From NCBI GenBank assembly GCA_965202585.1, contig OZ241829.1, positions 36,332,001 through 36,396,000 on the forward strand: a stretch of 64,000 nt of DNA. The letters are read 5' to 3'. Both the position numbers and the translations under genes were made by a program. How positions within the stretch are numbered: the first letter of the stretch is position 1; each line of letters starts with the position of its first letter. Source of the stretch: Thalia democratica (taxonomy: Eukaryota). The notes under the pieces are model-generated. The model ran no database searches, had not been told where the DNA came from, and saw only the letters and a program-made list of their open reading frames with translations. This document shows positions 57,201 through 64,000 of the stretch, in pieces.

Positions 57201-60200
57201 TTTGATTAATAATTTTTATTAGGTTTTATTTACTTATTTTTACTATCACTGTTACCCTAACCCTTACTCTCAGTGGGTAACTTTTTTTATTCATTTATTA
57301 ATCTATCTTTCATTTTTATTTTTCTATTAATCTCGTGCAAAAATGACCTTTCGAGCAAAAATGACCCTTCATGCAAAAAGGACCCTTCGTGCAGAAAAGA
57401 CCCTTCGTGCAGAAAGGACCCCTCGTGCGGAATAAAACCCCTCGTGCAAAATTGTCCCTTAGTGCAAAAAAGTCTTCGTGCAAAAGTGTCTCTTTGTGCA
57501 TACTTGACCCGTTCCGATGTAAACCAGCCGCAGAGAGTGGTGGAAAGAATAGTGCCACAGTCTTGCTGCAGTAAACATGCATTTCCAGAATAGAAATTTT
57601 TATTGTTTTCTTGTGTTATATATTTTTTGTTTTCTTCTCATAAGTGTCTTTATAAATTTAAGTTCAAGCAGTTAATTCTCTCTCTAATTTAAACATTCTC
57701 AAAATATAAGTATTTAGATTTAATTGTGTTTAAAGGTTTAAAAACAATTTATTTAAAACATTTTAAAGTAAAGTTTATACTTGTTAGTGTTTTCAATTGT
57801 TCTTTAATACAATTCAATATCTTGCCTAGTTTTATATAGAGTAGCCCTAAATACTTTTTGATATCAGCATTAGTTAACTCAAGTTTAAATTTAATTATGG
57901 TTGCTTGTGTTGGTGTGTTATGTATTCTAACCATTCAATTAACCTAATAAGTTTGTTATTTAAGTAACCTACATCCATGGGTTACAAAGTACTATATTCA
58001 TAAAATGATTAGTTTGTACATAAAAATTTCAAAATCAATATAAACATATTTGTAGATAACAAACATTTTTGTAAACACTCGCAATCTAGAAGAATTCAAT
58101 AAAATATGAAGATGAAGTGTTTAAACTTTTAAGTATCATTACAATATTATTGAGTTTTGTACTAGAATTCGAAGTTTTACAGCTATCAACTTAGCAGTGA
58201 AACTTTGAACCATCGTCGGCAAAGCCGAGATCATCACAATTATCTATATAATAAGCAATATTGCAAACAGTTGTAATAGGTGATACTTTTAACAGACGAT
58301 TTGGTGCAATATATGTATTTTTAAATTTTACATGAACACATCATGCAATGACAACACCGATATAAAGATTTTACACACTTATTGTCGATTGGTTGTTGGT
58401 CATGTGACTTATGTTCTTTGCTGTTTCCATGGCGACTTCTTCAAGGTGCAACATTAAGTTGTTGCGGAATATTCCTTGAATTTGATTAATTGTAACTCAA
58501 ACTTATATAAAAGTATCAACTTACATAATTGTTAAATTTAAAATATAAACATTCAAAATAAATATAACTTAAAAATTTGCTTTGAAGTGTATCAAATGAT
58601 AATTATCAAAGTTTAATGTTTGGTAATATGTGTGGGCGTCTGCTTTACAAGGTTGATTGTTTACTTGTTGTAGATTTTTTTACGTTTAGTATTTGTGCAA
58701 CTATTTGTAAAAAGACTTGTTAAATACACCACACAAATTTAACTTACATAAACCGATAAAATGAACCAATTTAATATCAAGTTTTTATGATTTATCAGTT
58801 TACCAGTGAACATAAAAATAGCAACTAGGTAATCAAACTAGTTTAGTGATTCTTTTATAAATTATTTAGAAAACATTATTTTTTAACAGTAGATATTAAG
58901 AACTAAAAAAAAAACAGTGTCCATTATTCTTTTTGGAATTTAATTAGTTTGAAATCTTAATAAAACAGTTTTAAAATTATAAGGTTTAGCAGTAATAGTA
59001 GTAGTGTTTACATTTAAAATTTGTTAACTTTAACACTTTTTTGGTTAACTTAATGAGGAATCGGTACTATACAAGATTTAAATTCAGTATTTACAAATAT
59101 ATAAACTATTAAAACATACAAACTGATAGTATTAGGAGAGTGTGTGAAGTTTCATAAACAAATAATCTACAGCACATACCAAGCAATCCTTCATAGAGGA
59201 ATACTCGTTCCTCATCGTCGTCAATATCCGAGTTGACTCTGATCAGCTTCTTGTTGCGGTACCTGACATCCTGTTGCTGCGAACTCGAATCTGATCTCAT
59301 TGACAAGTTGTCCTACAATGTTCAACTTGTTAACAAACGTTTAATTTTTTATTAGTAATAAGGTAAATATTTTAAGTCAGTTTGGTCTTTTTTTTCTTGA
59401 GAGGTACCATTTTACTTTTTTTTTTGTAAAAAACTTGAACTAAGTAAAAAAATAAATCGTCATGAATATTTTTCTGATAACACAAATTATAAACAAATTT
59501 TTCGAAATAAAATTTTGAGCAAGCTTCCAATGTTTGCAAAAAAAAGTAAAAAATAATTAATATTCTAAGTGAAAAAGTATCATTCAGCTTATAAACAAAA
59601 ATTTTACTTTAAATTCATTGTGAATCATTTTAGTAGTAAAACTGCTTTCCCATGAGCTAATTTACTGTACATTTTTTCTTGTATAATTTTAATTTAGTTT
59701 AAGAGTAACAACAAAAGATCTTAGTTTGCACCAGAGCAGAAAATTTACAAACTCGTAAATCAAGAAATTAATACTTTTTTATTTATGAAAAACTAAACAA
59801 AAAATTCTACAACTTAGTGATGAACAAAAAATTAAAGTTCTGAGTTTAAAAAAAAAGATTTTATCGAAATTAAAATAAACTTAATACTAAATTTAAAAAC
59901 TATGATGTTTATTAGACTAGTAAAACTGAAGCTTTACTCAAAGTTATGTTTTAACATTAATTTTTTTAGAATACTTGCTACTATGTTTTTAATATTATAT
60001 CGGATATTGGAAGAGCATCTATTTTTAAAACTGTTGTTTAGGAGATTAAAGAAGTATAAACGTGTTTATAATCAGATGAAAAACAAGGTATTAATTAAAA
60101 AATTTTTGCTTTGAACATCTAGATATGTTTCGAAAACGTAATGTAATTAAAATCGTAGTATGAAATTTTTTACTTTAGTTTTAAATATATGGGCAAAAAA

Positions 60201-63200
60201 ATGACTGAATTAAAAAGTGTAACTTTTAAAAACTAATTATAAGCAAAGAAAAAAGAAAATATCTAAATAGCTTTAGGTTAGTAAGTGATGCTTGTAATAA
60301 CAAAAAAATCAAGATGTTTGACAAAATTATGCACCTACTGTTTTAAACAAATTAAATTAAAATAAATTGTAAATAAGTTAAGCACAGACGGATTAAAATT
60401 ATTTTGTTGTTGGTTTTTGTTGTCCAGATCAATATTTTCCAAAATAAGGGAAAAATTTTCAACCACCAAAAATTCAAATAATATGTTTAATAAATCATTT
60501 TCTATATACTAAAACCTAGTTATAAAAAAATATACGCTCAAACATCAACCTTTAAACAAATATTTTACAAAAATAAAAGTTCTTAAGACAAAAACTTAAT
60601 CAGTTTTTCATTAAATTATTAGAAAAGTAATCAAGCAACCGATACAAACAGAAATTTTCAATACCAGATAGTGTTAAAAGAATTAAAAAAAAGCTTATAA
60701 TTTTATTAAAAACCAGCTGTTCAAAAAATTATTAAAACATACAAACTACTAGGAGAATAAATAATAATACTTTAAATAAACTTTCAGTAACTACTTTTGT
60801 AAAAGTCTATAAAACAAACTAAAACTGAGTAAAATTTAGTAACTTGATTAAGTAAGTAAACTGAAAGAATGTGCTTAAAAAATGTTCAAAAAATCAAAAT
60901 CTTGCTAAAAGTAAACAAAATTAAACAGCAGATTATGATATGAACCATTTACCTTGAAATTCAGCTGGAAAGATCTCTATAATTAAATTAAGAATTTTTT
61001 GCGATTGAGCTTTATTTAACATTTTTATATACAAGTATTAAGTTAATAAAAATTTAAACAACATAGAGTAATTTTAAGATGTTGTTTATTCTTAAAAGTA
61101 AAACTTAAACACTTTATTAAGCCAGCTAAAATTATAATTTACATTTATAATTATAATTTACAACTATCTGCACAAAAATAGTTGATGCTTACTTTAAAGT
61201 ATGCGTTATACTTAAGCTTTCAATACTTTCTATAAGAAAATAGCGTTAGCTATATTTATAAAATTATACTTAAAAACTATGAAGAGTTTTACAAACATTT
61301 CACAATATAAACTACTAGTCCCTAAACTTTAAAAACAGTCTATTTGATTTTTAGAAAAACAGCAAACATTATTTAAAACTTACTAATTCGTATGCAATTC
61401 TTGCTGGGAAACTGCGTACACTCGAGCTGTCTTTAGATGAAAGTGAAGAATCTGGACAAAAACATTTTGGTGTGATACAGAACTATAAAGTTAGTTAGAA
61501 CTTATCTTAAATTGAAAAATACTGTCTAACATGTACATGCAAAACATTCGAAGCTGATCAGCACTGTACAAGAAAAATCAGCTTAACGATCATGCAGGTT
61601 AAAACAAAAGCGTTGAAGAACAATAAAGTCAGCAAAAAAACTGTTCGTAACAGGGTTGCCAAAATTTTTTTTAATATTTATTTTTCAGGTTTTCTGAATT
61701 ACTTCCAGGTTTTTAAAAGTTTTTTTTTCTATTTCTAGCGTAGAATTAAATGTAACGTACAAAACTGTGCTAAATAGGATAAAACATTGAAAAGATAATG
61801 TAATGCTACTTTAAATGTTTTTTATAGTAAATAAAATTAAAAAAAGTGCAAAAAAAATTGTTTATAGATTTTCGTATCTAATCTAAATTTCATTATTCTA
61901 CATGCAAAATTCAATGATTTTTCAAAATTTATCAAATTCGAGATTTTTTCAGGTTTTTTGGCAACCCTGTCGTATAAAAAACCAACCAATGCTTGAAACA
62001 GTTTCGACATCTGAAACTTTTTCGCTCTCATCGCTCGTCTTAGCTTCTCTGCCATCCTCCAACGAGGACGGGTGAGGGGGAACTTTAGGGGGGATTTTAT
62101 TCTTTGTTGGCGCTTTCACTTCTTTTTTGAATATTTTAATATAAGTAAGCGAAATGAACTTAATCAGTTAAAATGCAATCATTCAACGTGCTGTTTATAT
62201 ATTTTGAAGAGAACAAAACAATGGTAACATGTCGACCATGCAGACGAAAATCATTTCACAAAAACACACTCATTCTGACTAAAAAAGCAAAAACAAACCT
62301 TTCGCATAATAGTGGGTGTGGCATATTTCGAGGAGGTTGAGGGCGCTCGCCATGCCGCCCAGCCCGTTCCTCATGTTGAAGGTGGACTCGAGGCCGGTGA
62401 CGACGCACTTCAGCAGGTCCAGCATGCCCTTGTACACTTTCAACCCGATTTCCTGCGTCAAATCGATATTGCATTACTTTAACGTGAACGGTTCAACTTT
62501 TTAAAATATTTAAACCGATCATTGCAGCTTTTTTTTATTAGCTTATTTAGTTTACACGTGATAAAACAAAAGCTTATAGATGTTTAATTTTTTAAGAATG
62601 CGTGTTTTGTATTGCTCGGTATTTTTTTACTAAAATACTTTTATTAGTTATTTAGATTCATCATTAATTCATAGTAGATCTAAACTTGCTTTCTGAAAAC
62701 TTCAAGTAGTTTATCACACTAATTCAAACAAAAGAGATTTCCAAGGTTAAACAGATGCATTGACGGTTGAAAAACATTTAATTATTTATAAATTCAGCGA
62801 CAAAAAACCCATTTGGAACTTTAAAACCACCAGCTTTATAAAATATAAGTCTTTAACATTTAAGTTAAACACATATCTATTTAAACTTAGCAAAAAAGTA
62901 GAAAACCTAAATGTTTATTCAGTTCATATTACTGTAACTTTGTCATTAAAAATTATTTCAATAAAAATCTATAACTAAAATTAAATAAAAATTATTTCAA
63001 TAAAAATCTATAACTAAAATTAAATAAAAATATTTCTTTTAATCGAAAATTTCAAAATAAATAAGGAAAATTTATTATCATTATTTCTAATTTATGATGT
63101 ACTTAATAAAAAAATAATACAAATGTAAACTTATACCATTATTCATAGGACTATACAGAAGCAATACATATTAAAATAAAATACTAAATGTTTGCAAAAT

Positions 63201-63745
63201 TTTCTAAACTTATAAATTTGATATTTTGTTTTACACTAAGAGACTTCAACTACAAGCTTGATTTAAAAATTTAAAGTTAATTAGAAAAAATTTAAAAATT
63301 TAAACTTTTACAACTGATGTCTTTTCCAATGAAAAATATGTAATAAAGTATCAAAAAATTTGTAGAAGTTGCTTTAGCAATCATAAATAGTTTAGACGTA
63401 CTAACTGGTTAAAAACTAAATCGATAATTTTAGTGGTAGAATTTATAGTATTTTGAGCATTTTAAAATAATAAAACACATTATTACGAATACTTCATGCA
63501 CATTTTAGTCCAAAACAAATCAACTACTTGCAAACCTATGAACGGCGATTAAACTACTTACTCATAAAACAATCTACAAAACTCACAATGTCTTCCACGT
63601 ACTCGGTGTTGGCTTCGTCTTGCGTCGACTGGTTGAGCCGCTGCAGCAGAAATATTCTCAGCGACTCGCACTCCATCAGCCTCCTGACCTTCTTGAAGTT
63701 AAACCAGCCCACTCCTTGCCCGTCCAACACGCTTTTGGTTATTTC
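51224..63745 (-). CDS. MADD: MAP kinase-activating death domain protein (MADD/DENN/Rab3 GEF, aex-3 orthologue); 5'-partial, C-terminal ~540 aa
   Basis: Minus-strand core exons 63745-63587, 62452-62299, 62121-61987, 61451-61384, 59312-59180, 55556-55436, 54270-54138, 53424-53233, 53049-52885, 52430-52370, 52014-51908, 51671-51602, 51348-51224 (TAA); 1623 nt in frame. Motifs [127 protein letters not shown]. Confidence 0.95.
55684..56006. mobile_element. hAT-type MITE, same family as 44801-45117, opposite orientation
   Basis: CAGCAATTCTCAACCT start, GGGGTAAA repeats; 8-bp flanks GTCTACAA / GTTTACAA. Confidence 0.75.
56964..57516. mobile_element. MULE-like MITE with arrays of 16-18-bp GCACGAAG subterminal repeats
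   Basis: Imperfect TIRs GGGTAGGAGTCTAATATGCAC / CGGAACGGGTCAAGTATGCAC. Near-perfect 9-bp flanking duplication ATATAAACC / ATGTAAACC. Confidence 0.85.
58379..58474 (-). CDS. MADD: candidate alternative MADD cassette exon (66 or 96 nt, phase 1 to 1)
   Basis: caag|GA acceptor at 58474. Reads (G)[21 protein letters not shown], with in-frame donors at 58409 (gtcaca) and 58379 (gtgtgt). It falls exactly between EGLL and KERS, where vertebrate MADD has an optional [9 protein letters not shown]-containing exon (recalled, not aligned). Confidence 0.7.
60953..60976 (-). CDS. MADD: candidate 24-nt MADD microexon (RSFQLNFK, phase 0 to 0)
   Basis: tttaattatag|AGATCTTTCCAGCTGAATTTCAAG|gtaaat; stop-free in the frame required by the flanking phase-0 junction. 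Confidence 0.45.
61651..61969. mobile_element. MITE with CAGGGTTGCCAAAA termini (reverse orientation of the 41059 family)
   Basis: Perfect 14-bp TIR; flanks TCGTAA / TCGTAT. Confidence 0.8.
62947..63031. repeat. 39-bp perfect tandem duplication
   Basis: TAAAAATTATTTCAATAAAAATCTATAACTAAAATTAAA twice (62947-62985, 62986-63024) plus a partial third copy. Confidence 0.9.
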
Positions 63746-64000
63746 CTGTGACATTCGGTTGCTTTAATGGTGATTTTTGTTTGAATTGGTACCAAATGTT
63801 CTTTAACGGATGTTTGTTTTTTATTTCGCAACGTAAACTAGAATTACTAGGAAATAGTATCGGTTGATCAGGTGTATAAAAAAATCAATTACTCACTTTA
63901 AAAAAAACTGTAGTTGTGGGATATAGATATTTACTAAAATGTAAATTCGGCTGACTTTTTGAAACTCCAAAAGACAAAGTAAGTGTTTAATTTTTCAATA

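Noticed and set aside
57330-57500. Regularly spaced short repeats superficially like a CRISPR array
   Set aside because: Tandem degenerate units without unique spacers, inside a TIR/TSD-bounded element in a eukaryotic intron; no cas genes.
57505-57570. Possible extra MADD exon after tttactgcag ([14 protein letters not shown]...)
   Set aside because: The only phase-compatible donor lies inside the MITE end and there is no recognisable homology; too weak to call.
57273-57593. ORFs with repeated CKKDPS / KGPFV peptides (also 56979-57164, 26579-26818)
   Set aside because: Translations of MITE subterminal 16-18-bp repeats.

Overview
This is very AT-rich, intron-dense animal genomic DNA using the standard code with GT-AG introns. 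It is probably from an invertebrate chordate such as a tunicate, which is an inference from protein similarity and gene structure. Three conserved genes can be rebuilt exon by exon with consistent phases. (1) A 5'-partial HEATR5A/B orthologue on +: 42 exons in the window, 94-23167, about 1929 aa. (2) A complete BTBD10/KCTD20 orthologue on +: 10 coding exons, 34677-42573, 403 aa. (3) The 3' part of MADD/DENN (Rab3 GEF) on -: 13 core exons, 63745-51224. A disrupted kelch-repeat gene lies between BTBD10 and MADD. Introns and intergenic DNA carry a 4.5-kb degenerate hAT transposon with intact ends, many MITEs (TTAA-flanked foldback, 7-bp-TSD foldback, 9-bp-TSD MULE-like, Charlie-like) and a perfect 358-bp palindrome. 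The most notable observations are: unannotated frame-preserving cassette and micro-exons in MADD with a dense sense-strand UGCAUG (Rbfox) cluster; exon-by-exon GC3 swings from about 28% to 94% inside single genes; and a majority of 5' splice sites reading GTT rather than GTR. No prokaryote-type system, CRISPR array, rRNA or clear tRNA was seen. All coordinates and counts were made by hand.
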